A DNA stretch of 64,000 nt from Marsupella aquatica (GCA_973895155.1 OZ316896.1:20572754-20636753), one strand, 5' to 3'. Positions 35,953 through 48,279 are shown, counted from the first letter of the stretch. The notes: generated by a model not told the origin, from the letters alone. Numbers and translations: made by a program.

Positions 35953-38900
35953 ATGCAGCAACCGGTCGCCGAAAGCATTGGTGGGGCTCAGAATGAAATT
36001 GAAGAGACGAAGCCGACGCTGCTGCCGGCCACCGGCAAAGTTGAGGAAGCCGAGGCCTCTACGGGAAGGCAGCAAATTTTACCGTCGGACACGATGTCCA
36101 CAGATTTTGAAGAGATTTGTAACCTTCTGAAACTCAACCGGCTCGGAGATGTTGACGAGCTGCAGGAGGTTTTGAAAGTTATCGAGAAGGTGCGTACGTG
36201 AATGACAATTTAATTTACAGTCTGATCAGTTTCTGCCTCTCTCCAGATCTCGTTTTCCGTTAGTGGTGACTGTGTCAATGACTGAAGTCCTGTAATGCCC
36301 GGGAATGAGTCAGTCGTGACAGGCACTAACACTCCCTCAATATAGAAAGTATTGAATCGACAGGGAAGAAATTGTCCATCCGAACAAGCTCAAAATAAAC
36401 TGACCGGTGACATTAAAAAGTTCTTATGTTTCGCCGAAGAGTCTTCTTTTGTCCAATCGAAGGTCATTGCTACAGAAATGCTCAAAAACTGACCGTGAAT
36501 GTCTCCGTTAATCTCTGTCCTGAAGAAGAAACCTCCGATTTTGGCTGCCATTTGGACCGCAGGGAATTCAAGAAGCTTACGAGGAAGCGCAGTTAAAAAA
36601 AGTAAACAAGAAGTGGTGGGGGAAAAGAGTGAAGAAAGAACAAAGCGAGTTGATGAGCAAAGTGATAATTGCAAGTACCAACGATACAGACAAAGTCGAA
36701 AAAGCCATCAAAGGAGACAGCAAACTGCTGTGCAAAGTGACTGGCATCGTGAACGATACAGAGATAATGCTGCAAAAATTCAGCGAGATCGGCTATAAGC
36801 CGAGTTTGGTAATTACTTTCTTTGGGTTCTTGATTTTGTTTTCTCTTCCTCTGAGCTTCAGCTTTAGATCACAATGCCTGGTGTATGGAATGACAGATCA
36901 TTTGAAGCCTGGACTAGAAATCATGGATTATCTGCCTGTGGAAATGCTCAAAGCATCCCTTCACTCCTTGTTCAGCCAATAGATCGACAACACTGATCAT
37001 TGTTCACGGGAATGACTCGGGCATCAATTCACAGCATTTCATGTACCCCCAGAGGAAGCTCCCAAGCTCTCTAAAGCTAGATTTCTGGCATCCAGTCAAC
37101 AAGAGCTCTCCAGCCACTAACTATCTGTGTTCTGGAATGACAGACTTCTGGAAACATGGTAGCACGTGAATCATATACTCTACTACAACAATGTCTGAGC
37201 GGAATTGGAAACGTGCACTATGCTGCTGTAGCGCTTTCAATGGTTGCATATGTTTTAGAGCGAGTAAATCTGGTCAGCGACAATTCTGGAAATTGCTTGG
37301 CTCTTTTGGAAAGCATGTTAGAGCTTGGGAAGTGTATGGTCAAAGCGTATCCATTTCTCCCAGAAGATAGTGACCTGCTACAGAAGGTTCTCATAGCGAC
37401 AATCAAGGGGGTCTCCTTCTGTTGTAAATACACAAAGAGTGGCGCCTTGATAAGGTATCCGGATATGTGTTAACCCGCTTTTAGCATTAAAGCTCGTGCA
37501 TTCTAGGGCAAATATTTTCTTGGAAGCTGGATTTTTGCCAAGGTCATTGTGGATTTGTATGGATTTAATTGATTCTTCAAGCGAAATCTAATGGTTTTCA
37601 TTGTTTGTCTTGGACTGCCAGATTTGGCCTTGCAACTGTAAATAAGGAGCAATTTGATGCTCTCTCTAAGAAAATGAAAGAATTGTCTGAGCAGTTTACA
37701 AATGCAAGTCTGGTAGCTCTTCTCAAGAGCATGGAGAGGACCGAGATGTCTGTTCAAGTGGTTCAAGTGAGCCAGACGTCTCTCAGTAACCAAGTGACAG
37801 AGTGGTCTAAGCAGGTTCCAACAATATTGCCAAGTACTCCTGTGGCTCCACTGGAGGGTGAGACGTCTCTTAGCAAGAATATGACACAGTGTGAGTTGCG
37901 GGAAAACCCAATAATGGACTCTTTCGAACGTGAGCACAACACCAACACAGGTATGTCAAGCTTAGCATATCGGAAAAGCCTGCTTGAATTGAGATCGACG
38001 TTATGCGTTATTTCTTTTGCAGATAGCTGAGCTCCCTATTGCTCAATTACTTTTTAGTTATCTTGTAGTGTCTGGACTGTACACATTATTTTAGGTGATT
38101 TGTTTTCCCATCTAGAGCAACCCCTCATAATTCTTGTACTAGTGTGTCTCTTGACTTGCCCCTCAACTGTACTTGGACTTGAAGAGAAGGTGAATGCTAT
38201 CTTGGGGTTCTAGACAAAGGCTGGACTTAGCAAGTGTGTGTTCTCGCCTTGCAGGGTATGGATTACCAGAGGTGTCTGCCCAAGAGACAGAGTATTCCAA
38301 TCTTGTGGTAGCAGACAGCTGTTCAGTCTCTAAATTGGTGAGTGAAGTTGCCAAGAGGATCTCGGCCCTGAAGGACCTCCTTTCAAACATTGCCAGAATC
38401 TCTCTTGTAAAAGCGCGAGATTCATCTGAGACAAGCACTTTCTCATATTTCCAGGGTCATTTGACCCATCATGTATCATCAGTTAAGCTAGCACTTTTTA
38501 TGGGCTTTATCAATAGTTACCTTTTTTCCTTCCCAATTTCAAAACATCTTGACCACTCCAATTCTTGGAACTGCAGGAGAAAGCAAGGATAGAAAACAAA
38601 ACTTCTGTGGGAGGTGCTCGCCCTCAAAACTTCCAGCGTCTACCCCAGCACATGACTGACATGCACGGTGAAGAAGAAAAAATCCTAAGCAAGCTGGAAA
38701 GTGTGACAACACTAGGCTTGGTTGGCATGGGAGGACTAGGGAAGACCACGCGAGCAAAGGCGATCTTCAACATTTTGGGGCCCAAGTTTGATTATACTTG
38801 CTTTGTTTCAGACGTGAAACTTATCAAAGGGAGGGAGGATGATGTGAAGGAAGAGTTGTGGAAATGTTTGCATTTCCAAGGCAAGAAGGTTGGAGGAGAA

Positions 38901-41561
38901 CGCAATTTGTCTATCTTGAGGGGTAAACAGTTGCTCCTGGCTTTGGATGACGTCTCTGATCGTGATATTAATGTTTTACTTGACTTAGCTGAAGATACAG
39001 ATCCAGCAAGCCGCTTCATTTGGACGTCTCGTGAGCATGACATTTTGAAGGACGTGGGCGCAATTCACGAGGTCCATTTCATGGCTGAGAACCATGCTAA
39101 ATTGTTATTCATGAAGCATGCGTTTCCAGAGCCAACAATGCTAGATGTGGAGCTGGAAATTCTTGTTGAAGACGTTGTCAGGAAATGCGATGGGCTGCCT
39201 CTAGCCCTAGAGGTCGTGGGGAAGTACCTACGGGGGAAAGAGAAGCACGAGGTCTGGAAAGATACTCTAAGTGTGTTACAGAGAGCAGAAAAAGTGAAAA
39301 ACTTGAACGACAGATTATCGGCGAAGTTGAGGCTGAGTTTTGACAGCCTTGGAGAGAAGGAGCAGGAGATTTTTTTGGATGCCACAAACTTCTTTTGTGA
39401 GAGCTGGGTCTGGACATTGGGTAAAGCCAAACTGGCATGGAGAGCAGCTTATGGAGAGGTGAGTGAGTTACTGTGGCAAACCTTGGTAGACACGTCTCTT
39501 GTCTATGATGTGGGAGAGGATGACTATATCAAGGTGCATGAGCAACTCCGAAGTGTTGGAAGAATGATTGCATCTGAGCCTGAGCACAACGGCAAGTACC
39601 AGGTTTGGATGTGCAATAGAAATGGGGAAGTTGAGTTGCTTGGAACATCAGATGCATCGCATGGAAAGGTATTTAATTAAAACATCTTAGTTTGCAATTC
39701 GCATCCATTAGCCAAGATTCCAAGTAAACATTTGCAAAAGTTTACATTTGAACTGGGTCAATTTTTGGCAAAGGGTTTGTTGAAGTGGGAATGAGTGCCA
39801 TGTGTGGCTCTTTTCCTTCTTTTCTTTGGGCCCCCAGTCGTGTCATGTAAGGTGGGTGCAAGCACCTCCGATGGAAAAATGCTAACCTAGGAAGCATCTG
39901 GGCAGACGTGTTTGGGTGGTTCAATAAATCTGAGGATGAGCCACAGAAGGCGAGTTTGTTTCAATTGCTGATCCATCTTCACCCAAAAGTTGCGGTAGTG
40001 TTAACCTAAAGGTTTTTTTCATTTGGAATTGCAGGAAGTTCGTGCCCTGCAGGTCCACCATGAGAATGGGGTTATTCAGGTCCAGAGTTCAAGAATGGCT
40101 TTCCAGAATACGAAGAAGTTGCGGTTCTTGGAAATGAACGACGATATTCAGATTGTTGGAGCGACGGATGATACATCGCTACCAACCCAGCTTGTCTTGC
40201 TGAGCTGTCATGGTCAGGTTCTCTTCAACCCTGCCCTCCAAAAAGATCTGGTTGGTCTGAAACTATGGGGCATGGAGGACGTGCCGACTTCTATTGGGCA
40301 GCTCTCCAAATTAGGCCATCTTGAAATAAAATTGAATGGCGCAAGATGCCATTCCCTACCCAGATCCTTCGGGCAACTCAGCGCGTTGCGACACCTCAGA
40401 TTGGGATCTTGTGAGGGCTTGCAAAGCTTGCCTGAGTCATTCGGGCAACTCAGCGCTTTGCGACACCTTACATTCTGTGAATGTCCTGATTTGGAAAGCT
40501 TGCCTGAGTCCTTCGGGCAACTCAGCGCTTTGCGACAGCTTCAATTCTATGGGTGCAGGTCACTCGGAAGCTTGTGTGAGTCATTTGGACAACTGAGGGC
40601 GTTAGAGCACCTTGAATTCGAAAGGTGTGACTTGTTGGGACGGTTGCCTGAATCCTTCGGGCAACTCTCTGCCTTAACCCGTCTTCAATTCAGACATTGC
40701 CCCAGCTTGAAACTCCTCCCTCAATCTTTCGGACAAGTCTCCAGCTTAGAACATCTTTCATTTGCCTCCTGTGACATACAATCTCTGCCCGAATCTTTTG
40801 GGCTGCTCTCCGCTCTAACCCGTCTTTTTTTCTCCTCCTGCCCAATAAAATCTCTTCCCGAAAATTTCGGACAACTCTCCAGCTTAGAACGTCTTCAATT
40901 CAGACATTGCCCCAGCTTGAACCTCCTCCCTCAATCTTTCGGACAAGTCTCCAGCTTAGAACATCTTTCATTTGCCTTCTGTGACATACAATCTCTGCCC
41001 GAATCTTTTGGGCTGCTCTCCGCTCTAACACGTCTTTATTTCTCCTCCTGCCCAATAAAATCTCTGCCCGAAAATTTTGGACAACTCTCCAGCTTAGAAC
41101 GTCTTTCAGTCTTGTCCTGCCCGATAGAATCTCTGCCCGAATCTTTTGGTCAGCTCTCCGCCCTAACCTCCCTTGTATTCGCTCCTTCGCCCTTTAGCCA
41201 TACATGCTCATGGACTCTGCCAAACATATCAACTCTAATGAATCTCCGATACCTGCAATTATGGGATTATTCTGTCACGACTATTCCGGACTGCGTCAGG
41301 AGCTTGAAGTCATTGCGCTGTGTAGAGATCATTAGGGCAAAACCTATTGTCGACTGGCCCGAATGGTTGGTGCCCAGTCAAAACGTGGAGGTTTCCTATC
41401 ACCGGGGACTGGAAAACATCTACCAAATTTTCCACGTGCACGATGGAATTCTTTTCCTAATTGAGGAGGGTCCAGGAATGAATTACTATTCGCAAGACCT
41501 TGATGGGTTCTTCCATGCAAATAATCTCAAGACCGACATATCCAAGCTTCTGGACCTTTGA
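35953..41561 (+). CDS. NLR-B: four-helix-bundle (MLKL/RPW8/Cbl-N-like CC)-NB-ARC-LRR immune receptor, apparently intact (~1297 aa)
   Basis: Exons 35953-36189, 36563-36808, 37144-37454, 37622-37950, 38255-38406, 38577-39668, 40035-41561. All GT-AG, with intron phases 0,0,2,1,0,0 mutually consistent. Exons 3-4 read VSDNSGNCLALLESMLEL...GALIRFGLATVNKEQFDALSKKM, the pattern of MLKL-NTD-like bundles (by eye). P-loop GMGGLGKTT, LLALDDV, GLPLAL, VHE, and 12 core LPESFGQL-type LRRs. The start codon and exon 5 donor are less certain. Confidence 0.85.
40680..41104 (+). repeat. In-frame 210-bp (3-LRR) tandem duplication in NLR-B
   Basis: cgtcttcaattcagacattgccccagcttga starts at both 40680 and 40890; the two blocks are nearly identical. 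Confidence 0.9.
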
Positions 41562-43173
41562 CTTGTCAATGGAAATTAAGGGATCAAGTCTGTCTTGAGA
41601 AAGGCACCAGAGAGCGCAGTCAGCGCGCACAGATTGGTGTACTTGTGGCAGTTTCGCCACAAATCTGTATTATTCATTGTAAAGGCTGATGTGTATAATG
41701 GTTTTTAAATTTTAAATACACGTATGATCGTTGTGCATCAAATATCTATGGTATGGACTCCCAAACCGAGATGTTGCTGAAATTCGAGTACTACATAGCA
41801 ATTTTCGTCTAGGAGTTCATGTCTGCTCCAGTTCTTACTGTTATTTTCTTCACTTGTACAACAGAGATCTTTGAGATTTACGCTACTCATGTGACACCTG
41901 CTCGAACTGATAGTCACTCCGTTTCTTAAGAAAACTTGCTGGAGACTGCAGATGCAAAATAAAATTCCTTGCTACGTACCCCGATGACCGCCCTGCCCAG
42001 GCGAACTGCCTTGAGACTGTGAAGGGATTCAGCACACACGCCTCCAGTAGGGAAGGTTTAGCAAACACATTCGAACAAAATTTACCGCAAGTCTGCACGC
42101 TACGAAAAAAATGTACGACGAAGAGGAAATTTTGAGGTCACTAAACCACCACGTATGGCTGAGGTATGACTTTCAACTCCACGATGGCCAGGATTTCTGG
42201 ACTTTCTGGACTTTACATCACACTGATTAACAAGAAAAGCGTCTCCGGGAGCGTCGCATGGCATGCTGGAACTCACCATTGTTATGACTAGACCTGCTGG
42301 CATTTATTTCTAATTCAGGTCGACAAAAGCATGTAGGCACAATGATAAGAGAATTTGTACATCCTAGACGTTACCTCAGAGTGGAATGAAACAGTGGAAG
42401 TCATAAGCATTTTAAGACCTTTAGCTGAAGTAGCACTCAAGGCCAGCTAGTGACAATAAAAGTCTCTGTCAAGATTTTCGCTTCTCCGCAGTCTGTACGG
42501 TTGTTCCACATTTCAGATCAGGCCAGCTGCCCACGGAGATTCCTGGTTTACTGAGGGTGCCAGGAAATGGACAGAATTGTTCCCCCCAAATTGTGGCCCC
42601 CGAAAGGATAGTTCATGAAGTTCAGAACCCCGACGTCATTTCATTTTGTTGACGGTGCTGAACATGATTTCTTCCATTGAATGAACTTAGGTAACTAACA
42701 TTGAATTGGTGTGTACGTTGTAATTATCTTAAGGCATCGTAGGCTTCCGTGAAAAAACACGAACTTGCTTAGGATCGCAATGTTGCAAGGGTCGCTGCCA
42801 AATAAATTTCCATCAAGCGATCATCGGCCTGATTCACAGGTTCTCGAGGTCTGAAGATGAGTTAAAATTCGCGCATCACCATTATCTACTGCATCCACTT
42901 GTCGAAATACTGAGCGCTTCGGATACTGAGCCTGAAACACAACTTGAATCACCAAGCGTCCCTTTGAATCCCTCCCAGTACGACCCACCACTTAACTGTT
43001 TGAGTGAGAACCAGCAAGGCAAGCATGGATCAGTGCGTTGCTTGAGTACTCTTACGGTGGACACTCATGTAATTCCATAAAATTTCCTGTCTATATAAAC
43101 TGCCCTCTCACGAAGAACCTTCGACAGTGAAATCGATCCTTTCAGCATGAATCAGTGCTCTTACTAATCCGTG

Positions 43174-43870
43174 TCGAGCATGATATCAGGATAACTAGTA
43201 TGACTAGCTAGAAAGTATGGATACTTCTACGTCAGTCCCACTGGTGCCGACGAGATCACTGCGGTCAAGGACTTCTTTCTGGCCAATTCAGTTCTCGGTC
43301 TCCCCTAGTCAGTCAGAGACATTCAACGAAGTAGACAACGAGGCCCGGAACGAGGTTGAGCTGGAGATCGTCAGGGCTTTTCCACCCCTCTATGGCAATT
43401 TTTACAGAACAGGGAGGGAGTCTGGAAAGGTTCAGTTATTGCTGTACATCGGCATGTTTGGTTCAAGAAGCCGTTTCCATCACCCTGCCCACAAGTCGAT
43501 GGAAGCACTTAAAAATCCTTTGATAAAGAAATCGAGCATGATATCAGGATAACTACTATGACTAGCTAGGAAGTATGGTCAGTCCCACTGGTGCCGACGA
43601 GATCACTGCCGTGAAGGACTTCTTTCTGGCCAATTCAGTTCTCGGTCTCCGCTGGTCAGAGACATTCAACGAACTAGAGAACCAGGCCCGGAACGAGGTC
43701 AAGCTGGAGATCGTCAGAGCTTTTCCACCCCTCTGGCAATTTTTGCAAAACAGGTAGGGAGTCTCGAAAGGTTCAGTTATCGCTGTACATCGGCAGGTTT
43801 GGTTCAAGAAGCCGTTTCCATCACTCTGGCCATAAGTCCATCAAAGGACTTAAAAATCCTTTGATAGAAA
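43174..43870. repeat. ~360-bp tandem duplication (single copy at about 25775-26110 in copy A)
   Basis: tcgagcatgatatcaggataacta..tatgactagctag starts at 43174 and at 43532. Confidence 0.85.
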
Positions 43871-46533
43871 AATCATCAGAGTTGACAATCATGAGGATCG
43901 TTATATATGGGAGCTCGTTATAGTAGCAAGCAGGAAGTTTTAAATTAGACATACGGGTTTGACTGATAGATCTGAGTGTATCGGGAGTTATCTAGAGCAG
44001 TAGTGTCCCTGCAAATCGTTTAAGCCGTGCAATGCCATCCCCTTAAGCGGGATTGTTTTGCTGCAAAGGGAGAGGTCCGAGAATCTTGGTGAAGCTCCAT
44101 GTATGGAATTGGCTTCAGATTTGATTTGGTATTAAAGGTTCAAAACTTGTAGCTGAATGAAACTTCACAGTTGTTGCTAAAGCATTGATGATGAATTCAA
44201 GGAGTTTATCTCAAAAATAATCAAATTATAAGAAAAGGAGCAAACAAAATACAATGGACAAGACTCAAAAGTGGACCAGAGAGAACAAACACGAACCTCA
44301 AAAGCGAGGGCAAGTGCAAATTAATAGAGAAGGGACCCAGAGCTTTATTTTGAAGAGTTTTAAAAATTTTACTCTTGCAACTAGTTTTTTTTTGTGGGTT
44401 TTTTTGGGTTTTGTTTTTGGTGCAATGATGAACCATTTATTAGAGAGGCCACTGCTGTGTGGCACAAAGCAAAACAAACCCCCAAGGGCCAGAACTCACA
44501 CCAACTGAGGCTGCAGCACCAAAAACCAGCCCATCAGACCACAAGGTCACCCTCAAAAGATAAGGGCTAAGAGGGAACAAAACCTGTCATAAGAAAACTG
44601 ACATGAGATGACTCCATATATAGGCGGATCTTAGTACAGGTCTACAGCAACACAATGCTCCAAAGTGAGCATGTGCAAGTTGAATTAACATTGTTTCAAA
44701 TTGTGCATATAGCATGTTAGTTCTAAGACATAGCTATTAATTTAACTTATTGACAATAATGTCAATTGTATCCTCAGTATGTAAACTACAATTAATTTAA
44801 ATAGGTTATCAAATAGCAGTTATAGCATCGTATTCAAGTGTATTAAAACAGTGATTCAAAGACATAAATGGAATAAAAGTGCACACCTTTAAAGTGAAGA
44901 AACTACCTTACTTTTTTGGTGAAAGACAAGTACATAATTTATAAGTCAATGTACCTTAGGGGTATAGTATTTTGTGGTTGAGAGAGAAGTACCCTAGCTT
45001 TGTACTCTAGCTTAGTTTGTACTCTACTTTTAGGCCCTATTGAGAGATTCACTGTTTAGGTGACACCTGTTAACCTCTAAACCATAAGGGTTGGAAAGTT
45101 TTTCACCAATGGAGATATAACCTACAAAGCATAGCTAGTTTCTGTACTGGTGCATCCTGGTGAGTCTAACCTTGTCATGGAATAGAGAAGGAATGACAGC
45201 ATAAGAATTTATCAAATACACAATAAGCTATTCATAGTAAAACCTAAAACACAGTGACGGACCAAACGGGAAGTGTGACCACCCAACGAGAAGTGTGTTT
45301 TGAATTTTGTCGAAAACGGCAAAAAATTCTCATAAATTTATCTAATAAACATGAATTCTCATAAATTTATCTAAAAAACATGATTCAAACTCGAGATACT
45401 TTCTAACCAAAACTGGCAAATCTCTATAATTTATAACTTCCTAACACTTCATCTCTAAAATGAGGGAAAACTCCGAAACACCTAAAACAACGATTTCCAA
45501 GTCCTCTCTATGAAAGCTCAATCAAGGCGTCTCAAAACACACCAAAAACAAAAAAACGCCGATCGTCAATCCAGTAGTGCAAAACAAAATGGGATACCGC
45601 GTATCCCACTTCGCATTCATTCAAAGAAATCAATCAAAAACATGCTAAGTCAACTGTTTGGTGGACATATTTACCAGAAAAGGTAAACCGGATTTCAATA
45701 TTTACTAAGCATAAAAACACCTACCATGAAACATTTCCTCCAAACCATGGTTGATCCTCACAGTCAGTTAAGTTAACCCAAGCGCATTTTGGGTTGGAAC
45801 GCAATTTGAATACGAAGTTAGATCCAAGTATCCAATCTGGTATTTAATCTCCAAATACTCGATCGTCGTGCCACGCGCCTGGAAATTGAGATTTGAATAC
45901 CAATAGGGATCCACGTATCCCATTTTTCTGAACAAGTCCAAAAATAACCCTCTCAAAATCAAGGTCCACCACTCATGTTATATAATGTTACCGTACAAGT
46001 CAAGTAGAAGATGTTTGCAACCATAGGCTTCTCAACTCGCCATAAGTATGGCCTGCCCAAAATACAAATGGATTCATCAGCCCCCACCTTGCACCAACAC
46101 TATTCACTCCTGCTCTAGTGAACAGTGCCCTCCCATTTTTGCAAAAGTTTCTCACAAAATATATACTAATTTTTGAAGCCAATTTGTTCCTGGTTGTAGA
46201 TCTCGCCAAGATCAATGTATTGGGCAATAGACAGACCCCTGTGGTGAACAGATGAGATGACGGTGAGTGCCTAAAATTCCCCCAAAATGACCAAAATTGT
46301 CTGAAAACAGTCCATGTAAGCAGTTGTACGTGCCCATGCATTATAAACAATGGAAACTACGTAGTGGTAATGCATGAAATACAGACAGTTGTAGTCGGAA
46401 GGGAGGACCACCATTGAGCAAGCTGCGCAACTGGCCATAACAGCCTGGAAAACGTTGTTGTATATTATACATATACTGTTTTTTGTTGTTTGCCTTTTTG
46501 CATTGATAGAAGTAAGTTGAAGGAGAGCTCATT

Positions 46534-46700
46534 GAGCTCATTGAATCAATGAAGGAAGCAATGAAGGAATCAATGAATGAGCTCAATGAAGGAATCAATC
46601 AGAATCAATGAAGGAATCAATGAGAGTTTGAACAAAAAACAGTATATGTATAATATATAACAACGTTTTGATCATTGATTCCTTCATTGAGCTCATTGAG
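46534..46700. other. Templated filler-DNA junction
   Basis: Iterated caatgaaggaat motifs in both orientations, plus a 39-bp inverted copy (46631-46669) of 46449-46487 with one mismatch. Confidence 0.75.
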
Positions 46701-46960
46701 CCGATCCTACATGGACTTCAGTGGGGCCCAACTTTTGCCGACGTGGAGCTCTTTTTTGTCCAGAATTTTAGACCACCTCCGTTGGAGGTCCCTTCATCGG
46801 GCCGCTTGGTCCATTCCTATTATGGGCAGTTTTCAATAAATGCGGACCCACAGGAACCAGCATTAGCCAAAGATTAGCCAGCATTAGCCAAAGATTCAGG
46901 TGAAGTGGGTCCCAAGTTTGTCTTCTAGTCAATGATTCTAGCTACACTGGCCAGAGTTCC

Positions 46961-47096
46961 CTTTACAAGACGTCGGGGGCAATAAAAGTCTTCTAAATTC
47001 TCTATTAGCCCCGGTATACTGTTTTTAGCATGTGAAACTGCTGCTGGTTCAGCTTTGGTAGAAAAGGAAGCAAACAGCCCCCGACGTCTTGTAAAG
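46961..47096. repeat. Perfect 20-bp inverted repeat with a 96-bp spacer
   Basis: ctttacaagacgtcgggggc (46961-46980) and gcccccgacgtcttgtaaag (47077-47096). Confidence 0.9.
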
Positions 47097-48279
47097 TGCC
47101 CCTAAAACTACACTTGCTAGAGAGAACTGTTGTCTCCTCACCATCTGAGGCAGTGGATTTCTTGCTCAACTGCCTGCCACCCACTTCCTGCTGCACTTCA
47201 TCAGCCCGGGCAGCAGAATGTACATTTGCAAAGTATATCTAACATGCTCAATTGTCTGATGCCCACTGCCCATCCTAGTCAACTATTAGGACTTTCAACC
47301 TTAAATTGAAATTTTGAGTGGGGATTTGCAGGCATTCCGAGAGGTGACAGCAGTCAGAGCATTGAGGCTAGGCATGGAACAAACATGAGCAACACAATGT
47401 ACTGTTAGGCTGCCTTGTGCTCCACCTTATGGGCATGGAGCCGGGCATGGAGCAAGACAGATAATGGGTGCTTCTCTAAAAGTATATTCATACTAGGGGG
47501 AAGGGATGTCCGGAATGGAGATGAAAAATATTAGAGAAGGGACTAGAGAGGTGAGACTGAGGCAATGCACTGCGAATTAAAACCTCTGCACAAAATCAAA
47601 TGAAATCATTAGTCACTTTGTGCTGGTTGAGTTGGAAAGTCTGTTGGCACATTTTTCTTGCTCACCATTTACTGTCAGTGCTGCATTCATTAGTCAGTTT
47701 GTGCTCTGGTCCAGGGTTAAACAAGAAGCCTTAAATGATGAGTAACAAGCCCATACTTTAGGAACTCTAGCCAAAAAATCAGAAAAACAACGAAAAAGTC
47801 AAAACAAGTGCCAAAATTAGCACCTATTTTAGAACAAAAATATGGAGCGAACAAAATATGACATAAACTAGCTATGTTTTGACGCCTAAAAATGACCAAA
47901 TTCATCTGAAGTTACATTCCACCAATAAATGACCTCAAATACAACACTATTATCTACAATGGTCTCACAATTACACGAGCTGTCTCTTGAAACAATAACT
48001 AAATCACCTCCAAAAGCCATTGTCATTTAAAAACCAGAAAATAAATTACTACAACTTAACCTGATACACATTATTGTGAAAAAAAGACAAGGAGAATAGA
48101 AATGACACCATCTAATTGAATTGGAACACAACCCACTAAGAAAATATTAAACTACAAATTTCTCAAGAAACTTTAACCATGAATTCATGAATAAGTGGTA
48201 AAGGCATTTTGAAAATTTGAAAAATTTCAAGTTATCCATGTTTTTCAATGGTAATGTCACAAACAATAACTACTTTTCA

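Larger units (their letters stand above)
32414..46533 (+). repeat. Tandem segmental duplication, copy B
   Basis: Begins cagacagtgt, matching APE1 intron 5 at 14277. Ends at ggagagctcatt, matching about 31245-31255, just before a scrambled filler junction. Confidence 0.9.
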
